The translations under genes and the position numbers were made by a program. 64,000 nt of DNA, from NCBI GenBank assembly GCA_028023455.1, contig JAQFVV010000003.1, forward strand, positions 19,654,001-19,718,000, given 5' to 3'. The DNA is from Epiperipatus broadwayi. Taxonomy: Eukaryota > Animalia > Onychophora. The number at the start of each line of letters is the position of its first letter. Within the stretch, counting starts at the first letter, position 1. The notes below the pieces were generated by a model. The model ran no database searches and was not told the DNA's origin. It was given only the letters and a program-made list of their open reading frames with translations. Positions 12,667 through 25,620 of the stretch are shown piece by piece.

Positions 12667-13000
12667 CTTTGGATCTGATAGCACTGCACCTAGATCTTAG
12701 GATCTAATGCAACCCTCCAGCAACAACCTTTTATCTCCACTTAACTACAAAACTATGTGAATGAAATTGAAAACATCATATTTTCAATCTAAACTCTAAG
12801 CTTAGATTGAAAATATTATTATGTTTTCAATTTCATTCACAACATAATATTTTCAATCTAAGCTCTAAGCTTAGATTGAAAATATTATTATGTTTTCAAT
12901 TTCATTCACATAGTTTTGTAGTTAAGTGGAGATAAAAGGTTGTTGCTGGAAGGTTGCATTAGATCCTAAGATCTAGGTGCAGTGCTCTCAGATCCAAAGT

Positions 13001-13042
13001 TCCTCACTGATGATGGCCACAAGCCAGAAACTAGTCTGGGGA
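13001..13042 (+). ncRNA. Minimal type I hammerhead ribozyme (family A), intact
   Basis: tcctca CTGATGA tggc cacaa gcca GAAA ctag TC tgggga; 6-bp stem I, 4-bp stem II, palindromic CUAG stem III; predicted cleavage after C13036 (GUC). Confidence 0.88.
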
Positions 13043-14160
13043 TATTGGATGAGTAAGCATTAGATGGAGATTTTATGCACAAGCCTTCTGGCATCCATTG
13101 ATTACTCTGATTGGCACAGGATGGCACTACTGTATGGAGAGAGTTTTGCCTTGTTTAATTATAGATAGTATTAAAAAGACTTTTTAATTCAAGGTTATCA
13201 AAACATAAATATTTCTTCATTTACAAATGACACATATTTCTTAATATGTGGCTAGATCATTAACATGCTTTACATACAAAATCCAAATACAATGTGACTA
13301 TACTTCATTTAATACAGTGTAACTATTTCATACGCTTTGATTAGATTTTAATAACTCTATTTTAGTGATATAAATTCTCAAAGTATTATAATATTAACAG
13401 TGATGATAAAGAACAATTACTTATATGTAGCACTCATTTGCCGGTCATCCAATCTGCCTCTGAAGTAAGAACTTAGCAAATATAAGAAATTAATAAATAG
13501 ATTGCTTATAAAAAAGCTACTATAACAGAAAATATTTTTTATACCTATCATAATGTGGCAGATCAGTTTAAATTTATCAATCTAGTTACCAGATGAATTT
13601 GTTTAGTATCTGATATTAGTAGCTTTAAAATAATGGCCATATTTAAAATGTAGATTACTCAAGATAGCATACATTTCTGCAGGCAGAAGAATAAGTGCAT
13701 TTCACTAGAAAATACTTACTGTTTATGGTGAAAAATGTTTTCTGCACTGAACCTAATCACATCCAGATATGATGATAAAAGAACAATATATATATATACA
13801 CACACACAAGTGGTAGAGACAATGTACATGGACTACTATGTACAGATTGGTAAAAAGATGGAACAAATAAATCAATATCAGTGAACATTATGCTGAAAAA
13901 TAAATGCCTTCTTTATTATAATTTACTTAGTTGACTTTTTATAATGATTTGCAACTTATTTAATGACTTTCCCTTATATTTAAACTTATTCACCGATGTA
14001 AATTGATTATTAGAGATATATTTATCAAGTATAAAATATTCTAAACATGAATAGTTTCTTTCAAAAAGCACTATAACCTAAGAGATCACATTACTATACT
14101 ATGAAATAAAACTTTTTTCACTCTTATTGAATCATTGCCATTATTAAATCTTTAAAAAAA

Positions 14161-14430
14161 AACACACTTTTATCAATGCACTTTTCATAATGCTTTATTT
14201 ATGAGCTTTGACTGCCTAGCAATGTTCTTCAGATATTCTGAAAGATTTTTCATCAAACCTCCTTTCAAATTTCAAACAAACTTTTTTTCACATTAATAAA
14301 TAATCATTAAGTTATAATTTGAAAGAAGGTTTGATAAAAAATATTTCAGAATATTTGAAGATGACTGGCTAGGCAGTCAACACTATCATAAATAAGTGTT
14401 GTTCAAAATGCATTGAAAAAAGTATGTTTT
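14161..14430. repeat. Imperfect inverted repeat (MITE-like foldback), ~110-bp arms
   Basis: ttgactgcctagc...catcaaacctcctttcaaatt pairs with aatttgaaagaaggtttgat...gctaggcagtcaa. Confidence 0.75.
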
Positions 14431-15329
14431 GTTTTTTTTTTTAAAGAAAATAGTTATATTCTGTATCAATATTCAATGAAAGACATAAGAATATGACTAT
14501 AAAAACTATAAATGTCATTAATATATATATAAAATTTAAAATGTGCTTAAATAAACTGATTGTTGATATATATATAAATCTACATGATAATTTTATATTT
14601 CTCTTTAATGTATGTTGTCTTCCCTAAATTAAGCTGAATAGCTTGCAATATTTCATTCAACCAAACAATGTTAGATGTTCATTGCTGATAATAATTTATC
14701 ATTTTTGATTATACATTTCTTTCATGGAATTATAAGAAAATAATATCAAAAATTACTAAATTATATCAGTGAATTATATAAAACATCAATATTAAAAACT
14801 ATCATCAGAGATCAAGCAAGACATAAAAATCACAGTGAACCGTAGGATATACACTGTGGATGTATATAATATTTTTGTTTTTCAATAATTTTTTTCCCCA
14901 TTACCAAACTATATGAATATGACTTTTAATTATTTTACATTCTTATTTTAATTCTTTAACTTAATCTAATCTGACATTCTTCTTTAGCCTTTCAAGATTA
15001 ATGATTTTTTCTGGATTAAGAGAACATGTAATAATTCAATAATTTATCTCATATCTTCATTATAAACTTCCTGTCTTTTAATCACTTAAAGATTGATAAA
15101 AACTTAAACAAATATTAAATGTAAATATTAATTTTATTATCCATGATATTAGATATACATGCAATAGATTCTGTAAATAAATTTTAGTTTTGTATTGATA
15201 CATACCTTTATAGCATGGTAATAAAATATATACAATATACCAATTAGTGTAGTATAATTGTTAATTTAAAAATCTGATACATATTCATATGTTTAGTATA
15301 TTAAACGCTTATTTTTATATCGATTATCG

Positions 15330-15950
15330 GTACATGTTTATAATAATCAAAATAAATAGTAAATATTGATTTTTTCACTCTTCGGTTTCTTTGTCACAAA
15401 ATGTAAGGCAGATTTCAATGAAATCTTGACTCATTGTTCTTGCATATTTTGTTTTATCACATTTTTTGTTTATTTTGTTTATCTTTAAAATTAACTTCAT
15501 ATAAATAGCAATATTTTTTCTCCAGATCCATCATCTCTTGAAGTATCACTTTATTGCAACAAATCATGATCCTAATATAACATTTTCCCATATAATTTAT
15601 AAATAACAATAAGTAGACTTCACTATCAGTCCTTTTGTAATGTTTCATCAAGAATATTTATGAGTATTCATTTTAAAATTTTAATTAATTGCAAATACTT
15701 CTGTACATATTCATGAACTACACTTCCATACATTACCCTGATTCTTAACATACCTATTATAGTTTTTTTTCTTCAAAATTTGAAACAACATAGGGTACTC
15801 TTTGTTCTCCATTCTTTCTTTGAACTAAGTGAACATTGTTGTCAATAATAATGTTTCATTAAGACCAGTTACAAGACTTCACTTTTAAATTTAGTGCAAG
15901 TGCTTCTGCATTCAAATATCACTTTCATCCATTGCCCTGGTTTGTTATAT
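15330..15950 (-). mobile_element. Tc1/mariner transposase relic
   Basis: Motifs in the expected order across frameshifts: WS(D)ET, VQRKNGE, VKNQG.VW.C, MN..Y..LDE, QDHD, SQDF.IE (SPDLNPIE-like). Confidence 0.6.
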
Positions 15951-16272
15951 TTTATTTGTTAAGTTTTTTTTTCTTTTATGCTTTATTATTCATTTTATTA
16001 AATAAAATGATAAAAAACTCGAATTGTACTAAAGTTTGCCAAAATTCAAAAAGCTATATCACATTACATATTGTATGCACCTATCATATGTGCATCATGA
16101 TTATAGTGATCATGAAGTATTTTAGTTCAAGAAAAATCATATTTTGAATCGAGATGTAAATTTTAAAGAACTTTCATTTATTATATATATTGTGTAAAAG
16201 TTAAAATCAAGATAGTAAATATAGAAAATCTATAAATATCTAATCATTATAATTAATAATCATGTTTTAATT

Positions 16273-16408
16273 ATTTGTAATTGCAAAGCAGAAGTAATTA
16301 TCTCCCACTGGTTATGTAATGTCAAAAACCAATCATTCTATCTTTCATTGGTTTTTGACATTACATAACTCAGTGGGAGGTAGTTACTTATGCTTTGCAA
16401 TTACAAAT
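16273..16408. repeat. Hairpin with ~61-bp arms and a 13-nt loop
   Basis: atttgtaattgcaaagca...gtcaaaaaccaat / attggtttttgac...tgctttgcaattacaaat. Confidence 0.85.
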
Positions 16409-16503
16409 ATCTAATCATTATATTTTTTGTTAGTTTTGGTTTTGAAAACAATATATATAATTACTGTGATATTAAAATTTTATACATAGAAAGATATATT
16501 TTG

Positions 16504-16822
16504 AAACAGGCAAAACTCTCTATATGTATTGCCACTCAATGCAAGTCAGAGTAATCAATGGATGCCAGAAGGTTTGGGCATAAAATCTCCATCTACTGTC
16601 TACTCATTCAATATCCCCAGACTAGTTTCTGGTTTGTGGCCTTCGTCAGTGAGAAGCCTTGGATCTTAGAGCACTGCACCTAGATCTTAGGATCTAATGC
16701 AACCCTCCAGCAGCCACCTTTTATTTCTGCTTAACTACAAAACTATCTCAAATTGAAAACACTGTAATATTTTCAGTTTAAGCTCATAAGCTAGTTCAGT
16801 ACCCATACATTTTGGGACTTTG
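16504..16822 (-). mobile_element. Family A copy (partial)
   Basis: High identity to 12515-12790 and to the reverse complement of about 29290-29640. Confidence 0.85.
16614..16655 (-). ncRNA. Family A hammerhead, stem II weakened
   Basis: ttctca CTGACGA aggc cacaa acca GAAA ctag TC tgggga. Confidence 0.6.
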
Positions 16823-16849
16823 CTTCTTTTTTTTTTTATCATAATGCTT

Positions 16850-18100
16850 CAAAGATTTTCTAGAAGAATTACACAATGTTATGCCAGAATTTAAGATGAA
16901 CAGCAACCCATGGCAAACTATCATTGATGATGATTAATTGTTTTACATGAACATAATATTCTATTATTTAATTACTTTCATTCACTTTCAAATCTAATTA
17001 AAAAAATATCAGAAATTAGCAAATCAATAGACATTTTCAATATAAGTTTTTGACTGTAAATTTCTAATAGGAATCCGTTTTACATTATTTATATTTATTA
17101 GCCATCTATTAGTCTTATTTTTGAGTTTGAAAAATCCAATTACTTCAAGGTTTAAATGTAAGCAATTGAATATTTTAGTGATTCAGTCACAAGATAATTG
17201 CAAGCAACTTCAACTTTTCGGCAAAATGATGATAAAGACCAATACTAAATAATGCACCTTGTGATTTATTCGGCTTATATTAATTAAACAATAGTGATAT
17301 CTTTCTCAACTTTTGAACCAAACTGTATTAAATATGGAGTAAAATCAATTCTTCATACCAGAAATAATCAGTTAAAATTCTATCATGGAAGACTAATTGC
17401 ACTATCACTTACAGTCCATTGACTTTACTTAAGTTCTTAAATTTAGCATCTAGGTTTGAGTTTTTAATGATTGTTTTTAATAGTTTGCAGCTAACTGCAT
17501 TAAAGATGATAAACCATGGATGCTACTACCACATATAACCTGTTTGTCCAAAAAGTTCTGCAAAACATTTGCTACTTCGTTTAACTTCAGTTTTCATACA
17601 CCAACTGCAACCAATAGATTTATTAATAATTCCAAAAATTGGATAGCACCTGATCCAACTCCCCAGGCTGTTTACAAAATCACATGCTCCCAGAACGGAT
17701 GCAAAGCGCTCTATTATGGGGAAATGCGTGTCACATTGGCCACTGGAGTTTCACAACATCGTTATTTATATAATAGAGCACAAATCACTTCCAAATATAA
17801 TTTGATATTTTTACAGCACCAAAAGTCTGCTGGCCATGTCCTTGAATCCACATTGGCAGAAATATTTTGCATGGAGTGGCGCGATGTAAAATGTAAGGTA
17901 AACGAGGCATGCTTTATAGCAGATGATGTCAACGCGATCAATCAGAAGGAATCCTAATTTTCCATTTCTAAAAAATGGGCCATTTAAATACATTGCATAA
18001 ATTTGCATACACTAAGTTTAGATATAACATTTTACCAACACTTCCATCATATGCTGTGAATATGGGAACTAGTCATTCCTGAAAGCACTTAGCCTTTATG
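16850..18100 (+). mobile_element. Decayed Penelope-like element, family PLE-2
   Basis: ORF 17520-17957 contains QAVYKITCSQNGCKALYYGE...H...KVNEACFI..D.NAIN (GIY-YIG); left boundary approximate. Confidence 0.8.
18052..18094 (+). ncRNA. Variant-core HHR-like motif (G3-U8) at a PLE-2 3' end
   Basis: tgct GTGAATA T gggaa ctagtca ttcct GAAA gcac TT agc. Confidence 0.55.
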
Positions 18101-21061
18101 TTTTGTTCATTAGTATAGTTTCAATGCAATATAAACATTACTTTGTTATATGTGAAGTATAATCAATAATTTAATTATATGTAAAAAGAGTATATATTTA
18201 TTTACACTGGATAAAATTATCAATTTTTTTTTTTTTAAATATACAAAAATATAGCAAATATTTAGCCAAGCAAGACTTCTATTCACTCAATAACTAGTAT
18301 TTTTTAAAAAACAATTTTACTAAAATGAGTATTTTATTGTTGGATGAATATTTGATTTTTCTTTTGGTTTCATCATTAGAAGGTCAATAATAACAAAAGC
18401 CATGTTTGATTTTCATTATTAGTCTTAATAATGCTTCATTTAATTTTTTATCACAACCAATCTGTTAAAGATACTGCATTTTAATTTTATTGCATCATAT
18501 TGCCTTTGAAATTTGGCTGCCATTCTGTATAGAGAATATCTTTGCACAGCTATTTTAAAAGCCAAGGAGACCTTGCAAATATTAAGTAATCCCCAAAAGT
18601 TAAGCATAACAAAATTTGACTTTTTGAATACTACTATGGTTAAGGCCCTTTGCATTTTAATACTTTGAGATATTTTAAAAGATAGTCAAAGTCTCTAGAT
18701 ATAGATGACCCCCAAAAGTTAAGCATGACAAAGTTTTTTAAGACCTTTTGAACATTACAATAGTTAAAGGACCCTTCAACTTAATAATGCCTTGAATGTG
18801 AAAAATATAAGTATAGTTATGCTTATATATTTTTATTTATGAACAAGAATATATTGATTAACAAAATTTGGGTTTATGAATTTCTTTCAAAAATTTTTCA
18901 AAAACTTGATAATAAATGGAAAATTTAACATTATAAATTTTAATCATGAATTAAATATATTAAATATAACAGTGCAGGTGTGCAGATTGTACCCCTCATA
19001 AAGGCACCTTATCAAAGGGAAACCATGTCACCATGATAATTAATAAAATTTATATGTAAATGAAAATGTTGAGATTTTTTAATCATTCCATTATTAGAAA
19101 TGTATTCTGATTGTAAATATTTTTTATTTAAATATGAGAGGATCATTTTTTTATTTAATCTTCTGATAGTTATTTGAAATATACTACATATTATATACTC
19201 TAGTAGTTCACTAAATCGAACAAACTATGATTCTTTTCAAGGAAATAACTTTTATTTAAATACCCTAATTTATATAAAATGGCACATTATTATTAATAAT
19301 TTATTTAAAAATAAACTTATTTAAAAAATATTGCCTCATATTAATTATAGTAACTCTGCAGTAGTGTCCTATAGTAGGTAATTACATTTATCAGTCATTT
19401 TATATATACCTTTAAAAGATGTTTAGTGTAGTGTAATAGTATAGTATCAGACTTTGGAATTCGAATTATGGGATTGATTCCAGTGATTTTGAATTATTTT
19501 TTTTTAAATCTTGATATTATCACCTTTTTAATACTGATATTTTTTTATATCTCTTAATAATCTCCTTTTCCTTGGATTTGGACTATTGTAAGATTATCAC
19601 CTAGCTAAACATTTGTAATTGATCCATAATGTTACACAAATACATCCAAAAATTATTGTACTTGCAGCCCACTTTAACTACATGACAGTTCAAATTCAAA
19701 GAAAACAAAATTAATAAAAACACATAATTTTTAAAAAGTTATTATGTACCAAAACATTTAATTCTTGACAAATTTAATTATATCACTATTTATCATTTAA
19801 TGCCACTTTATTGAAAACTCTTTTAAATGATCATACTATTGGAAAAATATCTAAAACATTTACTGCTTCTAATACAACAAACCAAGAGTTTGATTTTTTT
19901 TTTTAAAGTTATATAATAACCTAACATTAAACAAAATAAAGTGCAAATGATACTAATGGTTTCTAAAAAATATATCCAATAATATAAGTATAAAAATTTT
20001 AAATGTTGGACTGTTTAATATGTACATAATAAAATATAGTACATACAAATAAGCACTGTAAAAATTAAACAATAAAGTAGTGTAAATATTTTATTATTGA
20101 ATGAATATGAGAAAATAACTTTAACAAAATGTAAACAAATTATGTGTGGGTTTTGAAACAAACAAGAACTATTGTTAACAAACTAATTGATATGTCAGTT
20201 AAAGTTGACCTAATTATTGCTAATGAAATCTGAAAGTTATAATATAACACCCTTGTTATAACTATTATACTTCAGAATAGTTAACAGAGACAAGCCACTA
20301 TGCAAGGAATAGAGAAAACGAATCATGTTTGTTGCTTGCAATGAAGAATGGAGTTGTAAGATCAACTAGACTTGAAAGACAAATGCTTTTGAATATAGCC
20401 CAGAGAATCAACCCCTGGCAATAGATAATAAGCCATATAACATCTCTACAGGTCACCCTGACCTTATGTTTTTAGTAAACTCAGCCGGGCCACAGATTGT
20501 AAAAGTAAGTAAACCAGTAGATATTACTTATATATGACTATATATATACTATATTGGTAATTTTATGATAGTTTTACATATAAATCAGGTTTGTAACTTA
20601 CCATATGTATATATTCACTTCCAAATAAGTATATTAATTGCATTGAATATATAATTAACTGTTTGCATTAGACTGCTAAATTATTTTTGTTGTTTCTGAG
20701 TAATTGTGTCCTGTGTGTATTTCTTACTCTACTAGCGAAAGATTTATATTCATTTGTTCCAACCTTCCCAATCAAGAATACAAAAATGCTAAATAAGTTA
20801 TCTATAGCTCAAAATAGAGAAAGAAATTGAAGAGAGTTGTGATTTTGGGTGTGATAAAACAGAAACTTCATAATTTTATATTAAATTTTAATGTTAACTT
20901 TATCCAGGCATTTGTCCAAAACTTATGAACATAAAAATTAATTCGATTAAGTCAAATATTTTTTTACTTTTGGGAAATATATATATTCTAGCACGTGTGC
21001 GACGCAACTGTTTTCAAAAGCTATAAAGTGTTAATATGAAATAGATAACTAAAAACAAATG

Positions 21062-21103
21062 AGCTGAGTGCTTTCAAAGGATCTTGCCTTCATAATCATA
21101 GCT
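21062..21103 (-). ncRNA. Variant-core HHR (A3-U8, extra U); best-preserved copy
   Basis: agct ATGATTA T gaagg caagat ccttt GAAA gcac TC agct. Confidence 0.7.
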
Positions 21104-21672
21104 TGCTACTATGTTTAATGATATGCAAATTCCATTTCTTCGATAAAGCATAGTGTACTTCCTATTTATGGCATCCTTGTCTCGTGAGATGAAGAAGGCC
21201 TCTTTGATTTTTCTTTTAAGGTCATGTCTCTCTCTACACACGATTGTGGGATTGTCTGGAATGCACTCGTGGTGACATGTGCTCTGGTGCTGATAGAAAA
21301 CTGAATAGGTGAAAGGATCGTTGAGAGCTCTATTGTATGAATATTTATGTTATGCTAATCGTGTGGACAAAGATGCTCTGCTTTCCCCATATATATGCCT
21401 TTACAATTATTGTTGGAACATGCAATATTATATACTGTATGGGGAGTTTGTAAAAGTGAAATTTGGTCTTTAGTGTTGTTAATTAAATTGTTAGAGTTCG
21501 GAGGGATTCAGAAACAAAGCTGATATCTGTTGTTGAGGATAGAATGCAATTTCTTATGCAAGTTGGATATATATGGAAGCAATAATCTGGGTTTATCCTG
21601 TGTGATGTGAGTGTTAAGCTGTTTATCGAAGAAATGGAATTAGTATATTGCATATCATTAAATGTAGTAGCA

Positions 21673-21714
21673 AGCTATGATTATGAAGGCAAGATCATTT
21701 GAAAGCGCTCAGCT
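21673..21714 (+). ncRNA. Variant-core HHR (A3-U8, extra U) in the inverted pseudo-LTR
   Basis: agct ATGATTA T gaaggcaagatcattt GAAA gcgc TC agct. Confidence 0.65.
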
Positions 21715-23519
21715 CATTTGTTTTTAGTTATCTATTTTATATTAACACTTTATAGCTTTTGAGAACAGTTGCGTCACACACGCTAGAATAAAAATTAATT
21801 GAAAAGTTTATTAATCAAATAGTTAGTCAAGATTTTCCTAAAGACAAATCTGGTTGCAAGTTTTCAGAATCATATTATCCTTATTGATCACATAGAGAGA
21901 ATTTTCTAGGTTATTTTGTGGCTGCAAATCCAGAAAAGTTATTATGTAAATAAAAAGTGTAAATATTTTTTTTTTTTTTATGTACTACTGTTTCTGTAAC
22001 TTTTGTTAAATAAAATTTTATAGAATTTATTTTGTTTTAATTTATAAATTTTATTTCATGAGAATGAATGTACTGGAATTTAACTTGCACAAAGGTGCCC
22101 CTTATTCATATGGCAGCCCTGAAATATAAAATACATCGTTTTTTTTAAAATAAATTATTGCTTTCACTCCAAATAAATAGTATTTTAAATACATATATAA
22201 GCAAAATATTTTATACCCTTTGAATAATTTTGAAATATTTAGTAGGACTTTCAGAAGAAAAAAAAAGAATGAAAGAAAAGTAGAAAACCCAAAGGAAACA
22301 AAAAATATACACTATATTTTTAGCACCCCAAGCTATAATAAATGATATATTAATACCATCCTCATCCTCAAAGTCGTAACGTCTGCAATGTCTATCAGGG
22401 GATAAACTTCGAAACATTAATAGCCATTAACAAAATTTTAACATTGAATAAACAAAACAAATCCTATATCAGATAACCTAAACAAGACAGAGAAACATAC
22501 TTTAATCCTTTTTTTTTTTTCATTTTTAGATTTAATTTTAGAAATTAAAAAAAAAAATCCATTTAAACTTATCAAGTAAATATTTAAGTTTCCGTTTTTG
22601 TTTTTTTTTAATTTAATAGTTTTTTTTTTTTTTTTAAAAAAAAAAAATGTTTAAATTAACTGACATGTCATTTTATTGTGCACAATAAAATCCACTTAAA
22701 ATAATAACATTTTATTTGTCTGTGCATGTACGTGTGTATATATGTTATTATCCTTATAGAAAGACCTAATGAAATAATGATATGCTCACACTCCAAGCTG
22801 AAATATTTTCAGGTTCTATGAGCTGAATTTTTTCACATAGCTAATTATGGCCAACTCAGTCTTCAATAACTATTGATTAGTAAATGGATATTTATAAATT
22901 CTTAGTTAAAGATAAAACAAACAACAACAAAAAAAAGATATATATAGTAGTCTATTGAGCGATATAGTATTTATAATAGATCAAAAGAAAAAGTTAACAA
23001 ATACAAAATGCTACAAATATATATTAAATAAAATGAGCAAAATAATATATTTTGCAATAAAATATGTGCATTGAATAAAAAAATAAAAGTCCACACACAA
23101 AATGTGTATAAAATAAAAATATTCAATATACTTTTGTAGCAGTAATTTTTACAATAAATGTGGACAACTATTTTACAATGTCAAATTTCATTTTCAGTGA
23201 TTTCTTTTTTTTTTGCTGAAACCTAACTAAATTTAATGCTGTTATTTGCTGGACTGCCATGAATGTTTTTGTAATTTAAATTGATCCCATGCCTACATTT
23301 GATTTATCTTAGTTTCGCTTTGAGTACCACCATGAACTACATATTTTGCTTTCTTATATTTAATATACAATTTGTGCATGGTCTGTCTTTTGCTTATTTT
23401 TATTTCAGTCAAGACTACCAAATAAAAGTATGAAATGGCTTTAGATATCAGTAAGAAAAACCCCGTAATAATAATCACTATATAAATATATAAAATGTGC
23501 TAAAATGCACAAACACACA

Positions 23520-25620
23520 AAGCTAAACACAAAAAAATCTTAGTACTGTAGGTTGATATAAACTAAATATATGTATCTAAGTATGTGGCTAAGCGCTTTC
23601 GAGGGCAGAGGTTTTCATATTCATAGCCATCTTGTGAATAAATAGGTTGGTTAAAAGCGATGGAAATTTATGTAAATGAGATGGTTAAGTATTCCATTTA
23701 CTGGAGATCTTAAAATGAGTGTTTTCTGTTTATAGAGTTATCTTTAGCAATGAAGTAAGCTTCCTTTATCTTTCTCTTAGAATCGTGTCACTCTCTGCAA
23801 ACAACCACTGGGTCTCTAGGTTGGCAATCATGACCAGCTGAGCTGCAGTGCTGGGCAAAAACTGAACTATAAGAAGTGTCTATTAAAGCTTTATTATAGG
23901 AGTACGTGTGTTGAGATAGCCGAGTGGACAGAGAAGACCTGGTCTCACCATAATATGATGCCATACAATGTGTTTCAGGGCAGACAATTTTGTAAACTAC
24001 CTGCGGTGTCAGCAACGAGTGTGGTAAGCTGTCTTTGGTATTGTTAATTAGTTTGAATTGGGGAGGGAGTGAAAGCATAAATGATAATTATTACTGAATA
24101 TGTTATAAAATTTTCTATGCACATTAAACAGATAAGGAAATAGAAGCCTTTGTTTGTCTACATTAGTGGCGTGGTTATTTATTTTGGAGTAAAATAGCCT
24201 TATTTTCCTGTCGATTAAATTAGGACTAAAACCAACCTTTATCAAGTCATTTCTATATGACACTAGGTTAGCTTTTTTGTCTGCTTCGAACTTACAAAGA
24301 TGCCTATTTCTATAGAGAAAGGAAGTTAAGTTGGAAAGTTTGTGGTTAGTTGGTGAATTGGAGAGAGAATGAGAATGGCCTCTAATCTCAAAAGGTTTCA
24401 TGAGCATATTATAATTAATATGCGTATTTCTCGCTGAATATAGATATCCAGGTATATGACTTGTTTGTAACTGTTTTCATATTCTATGTTGAAGGTAAGG
24501 CCAGTATTGTTTTGGAGTTCAATTTTGATTTGTTGGATAACTGGGGTGGGAGAGGCCATAAAAAGGTCATTAACATATGCCATGTAGACAGTGAGTAGGT
24601 TAGTGTTTTGATATTTTGGGATGACTCATTTTTCAAAGTGATTTAATATTATGCTCGAGATGATGATGCTCAACTGTCTTTCATGCGAATCCACTGGTTG
24701 TGAAAGAAGGCCATAATATTTTTGTCCAGCCATGATAAGAAATCAATAATAAAACCAATCAGTGGTTGAGTAGAGTTGTTGTTTATAAGCAATTATAATT
24801 TGAATGGATTTATATCTGCAAATGGAGTCGTATAACTCGGAAACATCAATGGTAGCCAATGTGGTGCCAGGGTTCAAAACTTAAGTTCTTTATTTTTGTT
24901 ATAAGTTGAAGAGGAATTTATGGTGTATGAACCAAAACCCAGGGTTTGGATAAGCTGTTGGTTAACCCACTTGGCTGTGTTGGAGTAGTGGACCCCTCCA
25001 AAATCTAAAATACATAATGGAACATTAGTTTTATGAACTTAGGTGTTGGCAAACATCCTGGGAGGAATGAATGCAGAAGGGCAAAGTCTGTAATACTGAG
25101 CTTTGGAAAAAGCTTTATTGCAGTGAGGTCTCAGAATGGAAGAAATGAACTTATCCTTGTTTAATTTATTAAAGCTGAAGAGTCTTTGAAATTGTAGGTT
25201 GTTGATCTAATTTATTAATTTAGTCCTGGGTTTTCAAGAGTATGAACCTATTGCCCTTATCTTCTAGCATACATGTGGTATCTGCATCTTTAAAAAATTA
25301 TCTAGTTTTACTTATTTTTGCTTCCCTGGCATGTGTGTGTTTATAAAGATTTATGTTAGAAGACGTTAACTATCTGAGTAATATAGCTATCTTTGTCCGG
25401 GTTATTAGCCAAGCCAGCTTCTGTATCAGTAATAACATTCTACATTGGGATGTTTCCAGCCACCCCCAATGTATTGGAGGGCTCTGCATAAAACATCATA
25501 TACCTCTTGCAGGAGTGTTATATCTGTGAGATTCACAAAGGCAGTGGCTTTGGGATCATGGAGGCAGACATTCTGCTTTATATATTGGAATAATTAACCA
25601 CAAAGTCTAAAACCTTTTGC
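23520..25620 (-). mobile_element. Near full-length decayed PLE-2 element (RT + GIY-YIG)
   Basis: EDKGN near 25255; PK.HKT.VP-like near 25035; TIDVSELYDSI near 24845; YVND and YLDI in ORF 24398-24583; QVVYKIVCPETHCMASYYGET in ORF 23788-24078. Confidence 0.9.
23586..23629 (-). ncRNA. Variant-core HHR-like motif (A3-U8), stem II decayed
   Basis: tggct ATGAATA T gaaaacctctgccctc GAAA gcgc TT agcca; perfect 5-bp stem I. Confidence 0.55.

Larger units (their letters stand above)
12455..13157. mobile_element. Family A inverted dimer (long palindrome) with 11-bp TSD
   Basis: About 12510-12790 is the reverse complement of about 12870-13157; attatagatag at 12444-12454 and 13158-13168. Confidence 0.9.
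20984..21790 (-). mobile_element. PLE-2 3' fragment flanked by an inverted copy of its pseudo-LTR (mimics a MITE with ~165-bp TIRs)
   Basis: Internal 21150-21620 translates on minus to LLLPYISNLH..TVYNIACSNNNCKGIYMG..RASLSTRL..HECIPDNPTIVCRERHDLKRKIKEAFFI; 20986-21147 and 21622-21788 are inverted repeats. Confidence 0.88.

Noticed and set aside
20984-21790. Autonomous or MITE-type DNA transposon
   Set aside because: The interior is PLE GIY-YIG coding sequence and the inverted repeats are the PLE 3' end.
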